A stretch of DNA of 64,000 nt from Emiliania huxleyi CCMP1516 (Eukaryota), in contig NW_005201412.1 of assembly GCF_000372725.1 (NCBI RefSeq), positions 124,001-188,000 on the forward strand. Direction: 5' to 3'. Below are positions 23,786 through 36,684 of the stretch, piece by piece. Below the pieces are notes generated by a model. The model had not been told where the DNA came from. It did not search any database and saw only the letters and a list, made by a program, of their open reading frames with translations. How positions within the stretch are numbered: position 1 is the first letter of the stretch; the number at the start of each line of letters is the position of its first letter. The position numbers and the translations under genes are program-made.

Positions 23786-25835
23786 TCACGCCCTCACGTC
23801 ACCGTGAGCACGCCACTCCCACTCCCCGAAGCCCCCTCGCCCGCTGAAGATGCGGCCGGCGGACGTCGCCAGGCGGACCAGGAAGAAAAGGAGGATGCAG
23901 ATCCAGACGGAGGACACGTCCGGGCGGAGCGAGAGGGCGATCCCGGTCAGCCAGCCGATGGCTACGTGCACAGGAGAGGGCTGGGGTGAGGAGGCGTGGT
24001 AAAAGGTGGGAGCGACGGGTGAGAAGGCGCCACCGATCGCGGTGGAGAGCGTCGCGAGCGCGAGGTACTTGTACGACAGCCCGGCCCCGAGCAGGACGGC
24101 CTCGCAGAGCGCGTTCGGTGCGACGAGCGGCGTGCAGAGCGCGGCCCAGCCGAAGAGGCGGCGCGCGCTCTCTCGCGTGGCCGGGTCGGACGGGATGAGG
24201 AAAGAGGACGCAGGGCCGGCCAGCGAGAGCAGCAGGAGCGCGGTCGCGCCGCCGAGTACGCCGGCACGGCGCAGCAGCCGCAGCAGCAGCGCGCGTGCGC
24301 CGTGCAAGTCGCCGCGCGAGATGCGGCGCGAGCAGAGGACCTGCCCGGCGACGGCGGGCGCCTCAGCCGCGAGGACGAGGAGGAGCCACGCCTGCGGCGG
24401 CTCTCGGCACGGACGCGTCATGGACGTGTCGCGTGTCCCGCGAGGCGGCGAGGGAGAGGCGCCTTGAGCGCCACCACGAGCCGTGAGGAGGTGTCCAGGA
24501 GGTGTCCAGAAAGTGTCCAGAAAGTGTCCAGACAGTGCCCAGGAGGTGTCCAGGAGGTGTCTAGGAAGGCGCCTTGAGCGCCACCCCGTGCGCGGCGATG
24601 GCGGACGGCCCGAGCCGCCGTGCGACCGTCGACGCGATATAAACCCAGCAGCCAAGGACGGCGCTGGTGCGGGTCAGAGTCGCCGCGCTCGTGCCCGCCA
24701 GCCGGCGCCGCGCCGCCGCCTCCTCCTCCGCCGCCTCCTCCGCCGCCTCCTCGCCGCCAGGGCTCCCCGCGGCCGGCGCTAGTGCAGAGGCGGCGGCAGC
24801 GGCGGCCGCGGCGGGAACGGCGGAGGCGGGGTCGGAGGCGGCGGCGGAGGGAGGGCGCGAGAAGAGCTGGCGGTGGAGGGAGCGGAGCAGCAGGCAGCAG
24901 GCGACGACCTGGGATGCGCCCGTGGCGGTGGCGGCGCCGGTGACGCCGAGTCGCGCCGGCCAAATCATCAGTCCTGGGTCGAGCAGCAGGTTTGCGAGCG
25001 AGGCGACCAGCCCCGCCCGCAGAGGCGCGCTCGTGTCGCCCATTCCCCGGAAGATGCCCTCGCTCGCAGACAGGGCGAGCGCCGCCGGGAGGGCGAGCGC
25101 GCGCATGCGAGCGTACGCGAGGGCATCCGGGTGCAGCGGCGAGCCCACCGGAGCGCCCATCAGCCCGACGCACCACGGCGCCGCAGGCCCCGCCAGTAGC
25201 AGAGTGAGGAAGGCGCCGACGAGAACTGCGAGCTGCAGCGTCCGCCGCGCGAACGCCACGGCCGCCGGCCGACGCCCCTGCGCGAAGAGCCTGACGAGAG
25301 TGGACGAGGCGCTCTCCCGCAGCGCGAGCGAGGCGGCGATGCAGAGCGTGAAAATCTCGCTGCTCGCCGCCACCGCGCCCAGCGCTACCGAGGAGCACGT
25401 TCGGCCGACGAAGAGCGTGTCAACGACGCCAAGGAATGGGTCCATGAGCGTATTTAGCAGCGCAGGCACGGCGATGGCGAGGATCTCCGCGTTCTCGGCC
25501 GCCCGCGCGGCGGCTCTCGCCGCGAGGGAAGCCTCCTCCGGAGCTTCTTCCGTCAGGCTGGGCGCAGTGGCGCAGCAACGGACGCCCCCCGCTCTCGGTG
25601 GCCGCTCGGGAGGCGGCCCTTGCCAGCGACGGAAGGCGCAGCAGCCGCCTCCAGCACGAGCGGTGGCCTCCAGCGCGAGAACAGGAGGGCGACCGAGAGC
25701 GGGAGGCGTCCGTTGCCAACACTGGAGACCGCACAGCAATGGAGCGGAAGATGCCGCTGTGAGCCGGCTGCTGCTGAGGCCTAGGCTGCCACCAGCAAGT
25801 AACAGCACCAGACGAGCAGGAACCAGATTGTACAT
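23786..25835 (-). CDS. MATE (DinF-like) efflux transporter with a targeting leader, multi-exon
   Basis: EILAIAVPA...MDPFLGVVDTLFVG, EGIFRGMGDT.APL, NLLLDP...GVTGAATAT, AIAAHGV. Confidence 0.88.
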
Positions 25836-27440
25836 CAACCCTGTTGCGACCAGAGGGCCGACCGATGCGAGCCCGCCGTTATTTTTTTGCTTTTTGGCCC
25901 TCACCCACGGGGTAGGTAGGGTAGGTCTGGGCCCTCCCGTCGGGTTTTCCCCTCTCTTCACGCTGGAATTTTCACAGCAGAAAAAGAAATTTTCCGCGCA
26001 ATCCGGTCCCCTTCACGCTCCGCACACTGTCGACACTGACGCCGCCGTATCACCTTAGGTTATGTATGGGCACGACTACCCGCCTGGAAGGCGCTCTCAT
26101 CAGCAAGTCATCCAGTCACCAACTCCTGCGCGTTTACGCTTGACTACGATCTACGTGGAAACCATGCAGTGGATGCAGCTCGATCAAAACGGCGACGCCA
26201 ACAGCTGGTCCCTGGGCCGAGGATGAGGTGCGAGCCATGGATGCTCGACCCAAGCGTGCACCAAGTCGCTCACATTCCGTGAGTTCGTCAACGGGCCGAA
26301 CGTCTCCAAGTCGACTGCGATCTCGAACTCCGACAACTCAGCTCACACCCTAAATCTATCTGCCTTCGGCACTGAGCCAACGGAGCCATCGCGCACGCCC
26401 GCATCGCGTGCGGCTCCGAGGTCTCCCGCCGAGACCGGCTCGGCGCGGCTTTGACTGACGTGACTGACTGATGAGTGCTTGCGAGAGAGAGATTTTTAGC
26501 AATGCTTGCGATGGATGATCTCCAAAACCAAAATGCAAATGCGGAGTGGCCCCACTTTGGCGTGCAGATCCTGCGTCTCTCACTGTGCCCGAACAAAGAG
26601 GCGGGTACCGCTGCAGGTCCCCCACTAGTACTGTCGAGGACTAAAGTCTGGGCAGGTTGTCGGGGACGACACGATCCCGGCATGAACACGCCGATCTGGC
26701 AAAATCCCGAGTGCCTACCGCACGCGCCGCGTCGCGGCGCGTGCGGTAGGCTTTGTTTGAAGTTAAAAGTCGAATCAGGGCGCCGTCGGCGTTGTCCCCC
26801 GATTTTGTCCCACGCTGCGCTAGGTCCCACGGACCGCCCGTCCGGCACCGCTCCGGGACGCACGCCGGCGTGAACCATCAAGCTTGCTGTACGGCCCCGG
26901 CATCGCCTCCCCTGGCTTAGCTAGACTGAGAGATATTGTGCACATGGTTGGTCTCTACAATATATACCACTGACACTTTACCTCTCCCAGAGGCCAGAGC
27001 TCGTCCCGGTCCGACACGGCCATCCTCGGCCTCCGGAGGGCCCCCGGCCGCGGCGCGAATTCCGCGGCGCGGTGCGGCGGCGTCACAAATCCGACCACCC
27101 ACAGAGCACCGGGACGCGGTCGGGTGATCTGAAGCACAACTAGGCGTATGCATTGCCCATCCAGGGCTATCACCTGGACCTATCAACAGGCGCCTGTGGC
27201 GCCGTGGTCAGGAGCTGCTCTCCAACCTTTAAACACTTTCGGCACAGTAGAAGAAACACGCGGCGCCGCTGTAGACTGTTGCCTGCAGCCTGGCTGTACA
27301 TAGGTACCCGGGTACCGAGCTCGTTCGCGCGCCCCCCAACACTAAGCTCCCTAGCCAGCCACGCTGTCTAAGGCTCTAAGCTAGGCTCCTGGCCAGGAGG
27401 AGCAACAGTTGCTTGACGCCGCTGCCTCCAACACCGACAT

Positions 27441-28587
27441 ATGCTCCGCACTGCCGCCATCGCCGCTGCCGGCGCCGCCGTGGCGGCATGCTTGTACGCC
27501 TTGACGCGCCGGCCGCGGCTCGCCTTCGACCTGCCCGGGACGATGTCCGCCATCGTCGCCAGAGACGCCGCGTGCACCGTCGTCACCGTGCCGACGCCGC
27601 AGCCGGCGGCAGGCGAGGTGCTCATCCAGGTCAGAGCGACCGCAATCAACCGGTTGGATGTGATGCAGCGGCGTGGCAAGAGTCCCGTCCCGAAGGGTGT
27701 GACAGAGGTTCTCGGTCTCGAGGCGGCGGGCATAGTCGTGGCGACCAGCTCAGCGGCCTTTGAGGTCGGTGACGAGGTGCTCGCGCTGGTGCCGGGCGGA
27801 AGCTACGCCGAGTACGTCGCGGTCGACGCGACCACCGTCATGCGCAAGCCGCGATCGATGTCGTGGGCCGAGGCCGCCTCGGTGCCGGAGGCCTGGCTGA
27901 CGGCGTCGCTCAACCTGCGGCTCGCAAACGTGTCGCCTGGAGAGACCGTCCTCATCCACGCGGCCGCGTCGGGCGTCGGTGTCGCCTCGGTCCAGCTTGC
28001 GCGGGCGGCGGGCGCGCGCGTGCTTGTGACTGTGGGATCCGCGGCGAAGCTCGAGCTCGCGCAGTCGCTCGGCGCGAGCGGCGGCGCTCTGCGGCACGAC
28101 GGGCCGTGGATAGAGGCGGTCCGTGCGGCAGCGCCGGGCGGCAAGGTGGACGCGGTGCTCGACTGCGTCGCCGGCGCGTACGCGGAGCAGAACGTCGAGG
28201 CCCTCGGCGTCGACGGGAGGTTGGTCTCTGGACTCTCTTCTCTGAACCGCTCCCGCTCCCCGACTCTCTCTCTCTCCTGCTAGGTGGGTGCTCTACAGCC
28301 TCCTCTCGGGCCCAGAGATGCCCGAGGGGCTCGCCAAGGGCTTCTTGGCGACCCTGATGAAGAAGCGCGTCCAGCTTCTCGCCACCACGCTCCGCACGCG
28401 CAGCAGGCCCTTCAAGAAGGAGCTCGTCGACGCCTTCGCTGCGCAGGTGCTGCCGCACATCGGCTCGCGCTTCCGTCACGTCATCGACAAGGAGTTCGAC
28501 GGCCTCGCCTCGGCCCAAGCCGCGCACGACTACCTCGAGAGCAACGCAAATGCGGGCAAGGTGGTCCTGAAAGTCAGCCAGCTCTAA
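27441..28587 (+). CDS. NADPH:quinone oxidoreductase, PIG3/TP53I3 family
   Basis: GEVLIQV...NRLDVMQRRG, GLEAAG, PEAWLTA, LIHAAASGVG, NAGKVVL; intron ~28220-28283. Confidence 0.92.
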
Positions 28588-28800
28588 GAGTAGCTGGGAA
28601 GCTGAGCCACTAGCTCGGCAACGAGGGACAGCGGACGACGAGCGTTTGTGTGTCTATTTTGGCCATACCCATAGAGCAAAGTACCGCGAGCGAGACGTAA
28701 GAACCGAGATACGCTACACGAACCACTGCACGCACGACCACGCGACGCCCCCCCTCTCGAGCGCGCTCACATATTCATGTGTGCATGCACTCTTTGTGTG

Positions 28801-31800
28801 TCACTGCTTTTGCGCCACCGGGATGCACTCGCGCGCGTGCGTGGGCCAGTGGGCGTGCTGGCAAGCCACGCCGCAATAGGCCGTCACTTGGCAGCGGCCG
28901 CAGACGTTGAGCTGCACGAGGGTGCCTTTGCAGTTGGCGCAAACCTTCACCGCCTGATGCTGCGCCTGCTGCTGCGCAAGCTGCTGCGCCTGCTGCTGCG
29001 CCTGCTGCTGCTGCCGCGCCTGCTGCTGCTGCCGCGCCAGCTGCTGCTGCCGCGCCAGCTGCTGCGCGCTCTCCGCCAGCTGCTGCGCGCTCTCCGCCAG
29101 CTGTGCCGACTGCTGCTCCGTGGGCGGACCCTGTCCGCCCTGCGGCCGCGGCACACCCTGCATCTGCGCTGCAATCATCTGGAGGGTGGGGGCCGGCGGG
29201 GGTTAGAAAGGGGGAGGGGTGGGTCAAAGGGGAGTCGCGAGACCGGCAGCGCCTGCTGCGCCCCTTGCTGCCCGTGCTGCATCTGCTGGGCAATCACGCT
29301 CGCGTCTGGCATCGGCACGCTCCCTGCGGAGGACCCCAACCCCGGTGCCACCGGCATCGGCATCGGCGGCCACGGCACCTGGACTTGGGCCTGGCTGGGC
29401 GCCCAAGCAGAGTACGGCGCTGCCGACGCGGCGGTGGGTGGGGGAGCGGGCGGCGTGGCGGCGGGCGGCGCGGCGGGCGGCGCCGGGCGGTTGGCGGCGG
29501 CCGTGGCGCGTCGCTCAACTGCGGCGATGCCAGCCTCGGCCGCCGCCTTTGCCACGCCGATCGCCTCCAGCAGCTGGGCGAGGGCAGCCTCCCGGTGCGG
29601 GTCTGCGGGCGGCTGGCTCGCCGCCGCCGGAGCCGCGGCCGGCGCGCTCTCGCCGCCCGCCGCCGCGAGGAAGTCGGAGGATGACCCGGCCGCCGGGGGG
29701 GCACCGGCGGCGGCGGGCGCGGCGGCGGGCGCGGCGGCGGGCGCGGCGGCGGTGGCGGACGCAGCGGCCGGTGCAGCGGCGCCAATCGGCTTCCATCCGT
29801 CTCTGAGCTCGAGGAAGAGCCGGTCGAGCGCCTATCTCTGGCGATCTCGGGTGATCTCGGGTGATCTCGAGCTCGAGGAAGGGGCATGCCGAGCGCCTGG
29901 TGCTGCTTCGCGAGCAGCGCGCGCGCGTCGGCGTGCTGCTTGGCGGCGAGCTCCTCGCGCATCTTGCCGACCGTCGCCTCGAGCTGCGCCACCTCGGCGA
30001 GATGCGCCTCCCCCAACGAGCGCCGCTCGCTCGTCTGCTCGCGCCCGAGCGTCTGCACGCGCCGCACCATCGCCGTCCCCTGCATCGCGCGCTCCTTCTC
30101 GATCCGCTTCCGCTCGCGCGCCGCCGCGCGCTGCGCCTCGTCGGCGCGCTTCCGCTCGCGCTCCTCGTCGCGCGTGCGCGCCTTCTCGACCGCCTCGCGC
30201 CGCTGCCGCTCCTTCTCGAGCCGCGCCTACCGGGCACGTGCCGCGGACGCGTCCCGGACATGTCCCGGGCCTGACCCTCGCTCTCCCCGCCGGGCCGCGC
30301 CTCGGCGCGCCGGCGCTCCTCCTCCTCGAGCCTGCGCTTGGCCGTCTCCTTCTCGTCGGCGCAGTCGCCGCACACGAAGAGAGTGGCGTTCTTGGACGGG
30401 TCGAAGCCGCGCGAGATCATCGGCTCGAGCAGCTGCGGCGTGGGGTCGACGCGGGCGAGTCCCTGCGGCCAGCAGTCGAAGCAGTACGCGGTGGGGCAGT
30501 CGGTGCAGCGGAAGAGCATGCCTCCGGCGGTGGAGACGGTGCGGCCGCACTCGAGGCACGAGTGCCACGGGCAAGTCCACTGCCCCTTGGGCAGCTTGGT
30601 CAGGCTCAGGCACTCGAGGTGGTACACGCGCGGGCACAGGCTGCACTCGAGCAGCTCGCCGCCGTCGGCGCAGTGGAAACACGTGTCCTCGTGGCGCAGC
30701 GGCTGCTTCCGACGCTGCCCGCGCGGCAAAGTCGGCTCGTACCGCCCCGCCTGCTCGCGCCGCCGCTTCGGCCGACGCAACGCCGCCGGCAGATTCTCCT
30801 CGTGGTCGTCGCCTCCCTCGCCGCCACCGCCGTCGCCGCCGTCGCCCCCATTTGGGGCGGCGGCGTCCGCGCTCGCACCACCGGCGTCAGTCGCACCGCC
30901 GGCGCCGCTGCTGGCGCCTCCGCCGCCTCCCTCACCGCCGTCCTCGAGGGCCCGCCCCGCAGCTGTCGCCTCCGCCGCCGCCTCCGCCGCCTCTGCCGGC
31001 GCGGGAGGAGCGGGCGGCGCAAGCGGCAGCTGCGGCGCGGGCGGCGGCTGCGGCTTGGGCGGGGCCGGTGGGGGCGAGGGCGGGTCGGGCAGCTCGTAGG
31101 AGGGGAGGTCGGGGCCTCCGTCCTCGAGGGGCGGCAGCTTGGCGTCCGCCAGCGCGCGGCCGAGGATGGCGCGGACCTCGCCGTCGGAGAAGCCCGCGCC
31201 CCGCTGCAGCGCGGACTCGCCCTCGTCCTCGGCCGCCAGCGCGCGAGAGGCGCTCTGCAACATCTCGAAGAGCTCCGACTTCGCCACCTTCTCCTCGGCG
31301 CCCGCCTGCGCCTCGGGATCGTCGCGCGCGGGCTCGTTGTCGCGGTTGACTGCCTGGCCGAGCGCCTAGGGAAGGTTCCAAGAAGGTTCCGAGAAGGCTC
31401 CTAGAGCAGGTTTGACTGCCTGGCCGAACGCCTGCTTCTGGCGCGCGCGCAGCAGGATCTTCTCCTCGACCGACGCCTTTGTGACGAAGCGGAAAACGCG
31501 GACCGGCCTCGTCTGGCCGAGCCGGTGCGCGCGGTCGGTCGCCTGCAGGTCACCGAGTCCGGAAGTGTCTAGGGAGGGTCTAGGAAGGGTCTAGGAAGGG
31601 TCTGGGAAGTGCGCGGTCGGTCGCCTGCAGGTCGATCTGCGGGTTCCAGTCCGGCTCGAAGAGGACGACCGCGTCCGCCGTCGCGAGGTTGATGCCGACG
31701 CCGCCGGCGCGGGTCGAGATCAGGTACGCGAAGTGGGGCGAGCCGGGCGCGTTGAACTCGCGCATGTCGAGCTCGCGCTGGATGCGGTTGGTCGAACCGT

Positions 31801-34600
31801 CCATCCGCAGGTGCGGCCCGAAGGCGCGCCAGCGCAGGAAGTCCTCGAGCAGGTCGAGCGTCTGCGTGAAGGAGGAGAAGAGGAGCACGCGAGAGCCGTT
31901 CGCCTTGAGCCGGTGCAGCAGGCTGTCGAGGACGGCGAGCTTGCCTACAGGGAAGGGTCTCGGAAAGGGTCCGAAAAGGCGCCCCGCTCCCGCCCATGCC
32001 CAGGCCGCCGAGCGATGCCCGAGGAGGCGACCAGCGCCAAGCCGGAGAGAGCGCGAAGCTCCGCCTGCGCCTCGCGCGCGCGCCGCAGCCGCTCCTCCTC
32101 CCTCGCCTCCTCGTCCTCGTCGCTCGACTCGTCGCCGCCCCCGCGCTCCCCAAAGTCCACGAAAGGAATCTCGGCAGGCGCAAGCCCGCCGCCGCCGCTT
32201 CCGTCGCCGCCGCGGCCGCGGCTGCCATTGGAGGAGCCGGGCACGCGCGGCAGCAGGATGCGCGGGTGGTTGCACACCTTGCGCAGCTGCGTGATGATGA
32301 TCTGCAGCTGCGAGGTGGAGAGAAGAGACTGCGACTCGAGGTCGCGGTCAAGCAGCCGCGCGTACCAGCGAGCCTACACGCGGAAAGGCGATGCGACGTC
32401 ACCCTCACCTGCCGCGGACCTGCGCCGCTCGCCTCCCGCGGGCGGGCCTGCAGGCTGCTCATCGGGCACGACACGTCCGCCTCGTGCTTGGGCGGCAGCG
32501 TCACCTGCAGCAGGGGTGCGGGGAGGAGGGGGGGAGGGGGGGGGGGGGGGGGCCAATTGGGGTGCGGGAAAAGGCCTTGCAAGCGGCTCGTGTTTGGGTT
32601 ACGGCAGGGTCCCCCCGTTTGCCCTGAGCCACTTCCTAGACACTTCCTAGACACTTCCTAGACACTTCCTAGACACTTCCTAGACACTTCCTAGACACTT
32701 CTAGGAGCGTCACCACGTCTGCCTTGAGCCGGCGCAGCATGAAGGGCGCGAGCAAGTCGCGCGCCTTGCAGAGGGACGGAGGAGTTAAGCGCAACTATGA
32801 TTTGACACCGTGATTGACGGAAGAAGGTCTCGCGCCTTTGCGATGAGGTCCGTGTCTGCGACCAGCTTGCCGGTGTCGAAGCCCGCGTCGAACTGGTCCG
32901 AGGTGGTGAAGAGGGAGGGGAGGAGGAAGCGGAGCAGCGCCCAGAGCTCGTGGAGGTTGTTTTGGAGCGGCGTGCCCGTGATGAGCAGCCGGAAGTTTGC
33001 GCGCACGCGAGAGAGGCCGATGTGCAGCTTGGAGGCCTTGGTGGGGAGGGGGGGAGGGGAGGGAGGGGGGGAGGGGGGGGGGGGGCACCAAGCGGCGGGT
33101 GAGGGCCTCCGGCCCACGCTCTGCCTCGTTCTTGAGGTTGGCAAGAAGTGTCCAGGAAGTGTCTAGGAAGTGTCTCGCCTCGTTCTTGAGGTTGTGTCGA
33201 GGAGGTGTCTAGGAAGTGTCTAGGAAGTTGTCTCGCCTCGTTCTTGAGGTTGTGCGCCTCGTCGACGATGAGAGCCGACCAGCAAGAGACGTCCTCCGTG
33301 AAGAAGCCCTCGGCAGCCTGTGGAGCAGCGGCGCGGCTGTGCAGGTGCGGCTGTGAAGGTGCGGCGGCCTTCTCTTACTCCGGGGCCGAGAAGGGCTGGG
33401 GTCAGGGGTCCGGAGAGAGACTCGCCTTGAAGGCCTCGTACGTGCCGGGAGGTATCTAGATAGTGTCTAGGAAGTGTCTAGGAAGTGTCTAGGAGGTGTC
33501 TAGGAAGTGTCTAGGAGGTGTCTAGGAGTGGTCGCCTTGAAGGTCTCGTACGTGGTGATGAAGAGGTCGTACTCTGCGTACACCACGTCCGCCCGCTCGA
33601 GAAGCGCGTTCCGCTCGTGCGCAGAGCCGTGCAGCTTGAAGAAGGTTAGCTCGGGCGTGAAGCGCTTGCACTCGTTTGCCCAGTTCTGATACACGGCGAG
33701 CGGCGCGACGACGAGGGCGGGGCCCGTGAGGCCCCGCACCTGGAGGAGGGGCGGCGGCGGGGCGCGTGGCAAGAGAGGCGGCGGGGCGCGCGGCAAGAGA
33801 GGCGGCGGGGCGCGCGGTGGGGGGGAGGAGGGCGCCGCTTGCCTTCTTGAGGAAGGCGAGCATCGTCAGGGTCTGCAGCGTCTTGCCGAGCCCCATCTCG
33901 TCGCCGAGGATGCCTCCGATCCCTGACTCGCGCGCCTCGACCAGCCAGTTCACTCCCTCGACCTGCAGACAGCGGCCGCGAGTCGAGAGGCTGGCCACGT
34001 TGGTGGATCGCCGACGCCACCGGGAGGCCCACACCCCGCACTCGCGCCCGCTACCCGTGCCCCCCCCCCCCCCCCTTTTAGCCCCCCCCCCCCCCCCGCC
34101 AGCCGCCCCGCCCCTCAGGGCAGGTGCCGCCGCGCGCGCGCCTGGTAGTCTCTCAGCGTCGCCGTCACAAATGAGGGCTGGGTGTCGACGAGCCGCTCTT
34201 CCTGTTTGGGCGAGTCATTCGAGGCGCGCGAGCCCGCCCCGCCCCGCCCCTTGCCCTTCTCCTTGCCTCGCGCCGCGCGCCGCACCTCCTCCAGCTTCGC
34301 GGCGGGCACAAATGGCTCGAGCAGCGCCGCTTTCGCGAGTAGTGTGGTGCTGCGCCGGTTGGCGAGGGCGCGTCCGTCGGCCGAGAGGGCCTTCTGGGAT
34401 GCCACGAAAGCGTCGTGCCGCTCCCGCTCCTCCCCTTCGAGCTCCTCTAGGGCGAGGCACGACTCGCATCGCCAGTCAACCGGCAGCGCTTGCTGCGAGC
34501 TGAGGCCGAGGCACTGCTTGTGGAAACGTCTGCCGCATGGAGAGCAGCGCACCTCGAGGTCGTCCTCGCCACGGCAGATTGAGCACCACGCAGCCGGCAT
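28801..34600 (-). CDS. SNF2-family (ISWI/CHD-like) chromatin remodeller with PHD fingers and a C-terminal MYND finger, many introns
   Basis: N-terminal [73 protein letters not shown] plus C5HCH-like (HEDTCFHC...CPWHSC...CPTAYC); MYND CANC...CGRC..YC...CQ..HW..H...C. Confidence 0.93.
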
Positions 34601-35691
34601 GGCTGGAGCGGTGAGTCCACGAGCGTGACAACAGGTAGGCCAGGACGGGGGAGAGAAATGCGCCGCCCAGCCAGCAACAAGGCAAACTGTTGGCAAATCG
34701 AGAAACGTCGAACGCGTCTCGTTTGCTCGGTTTGGGCTTTGGGGGGAGGGCGCCCGGCGCGGTTTCTGCGCAGTAAGCACGCCGACGTTCACACCTCAGC
34801 GAGGGTGTAGTGGATGGTCGCGGGTCGGGAAAACTCGGGATGGCCGCCGGGGCTGGAGGGCGAGGCCGGCCCGGGGGGGGGGGGCGTCGGGGTGGATATG
34901 GGCGACGGACAAGAAGGGCTGACGAGAGTGGCACGGTGCACGGGCTTTCCTTTTGAGCTCTCCGATTGCATATAGCTCAGCTAACATAATGAGATATGAG
35001 TAAAGAAACCCAAGCATGCTCGATGCTCGAGGGCACGCAGAGGCACAAGGAGATGCTTGTCTTCCACACGGGCCCCATCGACTAGTCGACCGCCACCATC
35101 CGCCTCCGGACAAACTTCGGACCCCCACGACGCGCCCAGGCCACGACGCTCACTCCACCGCTCCGGCTTGCACTTGGACCCCGGAAGGAGACCAGCCCGA
35201 GCCCGTCCGCTCGCCTCGCCCGGTGCGCAGCGCTCTCGCTTTTGCTCGCGCCGCAACCTCGCTCCCAGCGCCCGCCGCCTCCGCCTCCGCCGCGGCACTG
35301 CTGCGCGCGGCTCGCCGCTTCGCCTCGTGCGTCAGCCAGCCGATCGAGGGACGCCTTGGTCTCGGCATACTCGATGGGGTTGGGGAGTGAGACGCGGCGC
35401 AGCTGGGTGAGGGCGGTGTCCACCGGCACCGCCGAGACACGCTTCTTGTCTGCCAGCAGGAACTCTTGCAGCCCTCGCAGTGTCTTATCCGCCCAGCAAC
35501 TTGAGAGTGGTCCGCGTATATACTCTCTCGCGCTGCACAGCCTGACGATGTAGACAGACTGCGTACCGTAGTCGGCCAGGCGGCACGGCGGCAGATCGCG
35601 ACTATACTTTTCACACAAAAACACAACCCCGGACCCAAGACGCACAAGCACAGATAGTCAAGAAGGGAGAGACAGCAACGACAGTCAGAAG

Positions 35692-36357
35692 TCAGCGCGG
35701 TTTTAGCGCTGGTTTTTCATACGCGGATCTCCGAGTAAACTGAAGATTCGCCGCGAGCTGCTCGCGTTCCTTAGTGTGCTCGGCGCGCACTCTCTGGGCG
35801 GAGGCGTCCCCGAGCGCTCGCGTCGGCTTGGCTGGAGGGTCGCCACGTTCCTCTCCCGTCATGACTCGCCTCCATTGTTGAGTCCGCTCGACCAACTCCG
35901 TGCGATTGGAGGGGATGGAGTAGCGGAGCGCGAGCGCCGGCATCGGTGGCGACGTCACGCTGCACGATACCGCACAGCGGCAGTATCCGCTCAACTTTGA
36001 CGCGAGTGCACCCTCCATCTCTGCCGCCACGGGTCCCTCGGCTCCCGGCTCCGCGCACAGCCCGTCGACGACGCCGACGCAGACGACCTCCTCGCTGGCG
36101 CTGAGGGCAAGGCGCAGCCCCTCGAGCGTCTCCGTTGCGGCCTTCTGGCCGCCCTCGCTCCCCTCGGCGCCCGTCGGCAGGGGGAGGACCAGCGCAGAGA
36201 GGCTGCGGCCGTTGTCCGGGTTGATTGCGGTGCTCGCGAGGGGCGGCTGGCCGTCCTCCCGGCCGAGGAGGGAGAGGACGAGCGTGCGGCCAGCGGCCTG
36301 CTCGGCGAGGCCGTCCGCGCGGACCCGCAGGTCGGTGACGACCAGGCGGAGCGCCAT
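35692..36357 (-). CDS. Hypothetical protein
   Basis: ATG-started ORF of ~221 aa with protein-like composition; no family recognised. Confidence 0.5.
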   Translation of the reverse strand: MALRLVVTDLRVRADGLAEQAAGRTLVLSLLGREDGQPPLASTAINPDNGRSLSALVLPLPTGAEGSEGGQKAATETLEGLRLALSASEEVVCVGVVDGLCAEPGAEGPVAAEMEGALASKLSGYCRCAVSCSVTSPPMPALALRYSIPSNRTELVERTQQWRRVMTGEERGDPPAKPTRALGDASAQRVRAEHTKEREQLAANLQFTRRSAYEKPALKPR

Positions 36358-36684
36358 ATGTGCGTGTGTGTGTGTGTCGTGCGTGCACGTGAACGTTTCG
36401 CGCAAGACTCGTGCGTCCCACTCTGTGATCTGTGAGGGTCCACCCGTGGGCGCATTTTGTATACCGAGGCGGTGCCCGGTGCCGAACCTGTCGGACCTTT
36501 AGACAGCATTGTAGATCCCTGGGCGAGGGTGATGGAGAGGGCGGTCTGTCGGCGCCAAACCACCTCCCGCCGAGGCGGGCAGGTTCGCACGCGTTCCTTG
36601 TTTGTAGGTGCCCCTCACGCCGGGTGCGTTCGGCCGGGGCGTCCTGGGCGGGCAAACGCCCGCCCCGGCGGCCGACTCTGGGAT

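Noticed and set aside
28777..31404. 875-aa plus-strand ORF
   Set aside because: Antisense shadow of the GC-rich SNF2 gene; no motifs of its own.
35082..35651. 189-aa minus-strand ORF
   Set aside because: No ATG start or recognisable domain; could be an exon but cannot be supported.
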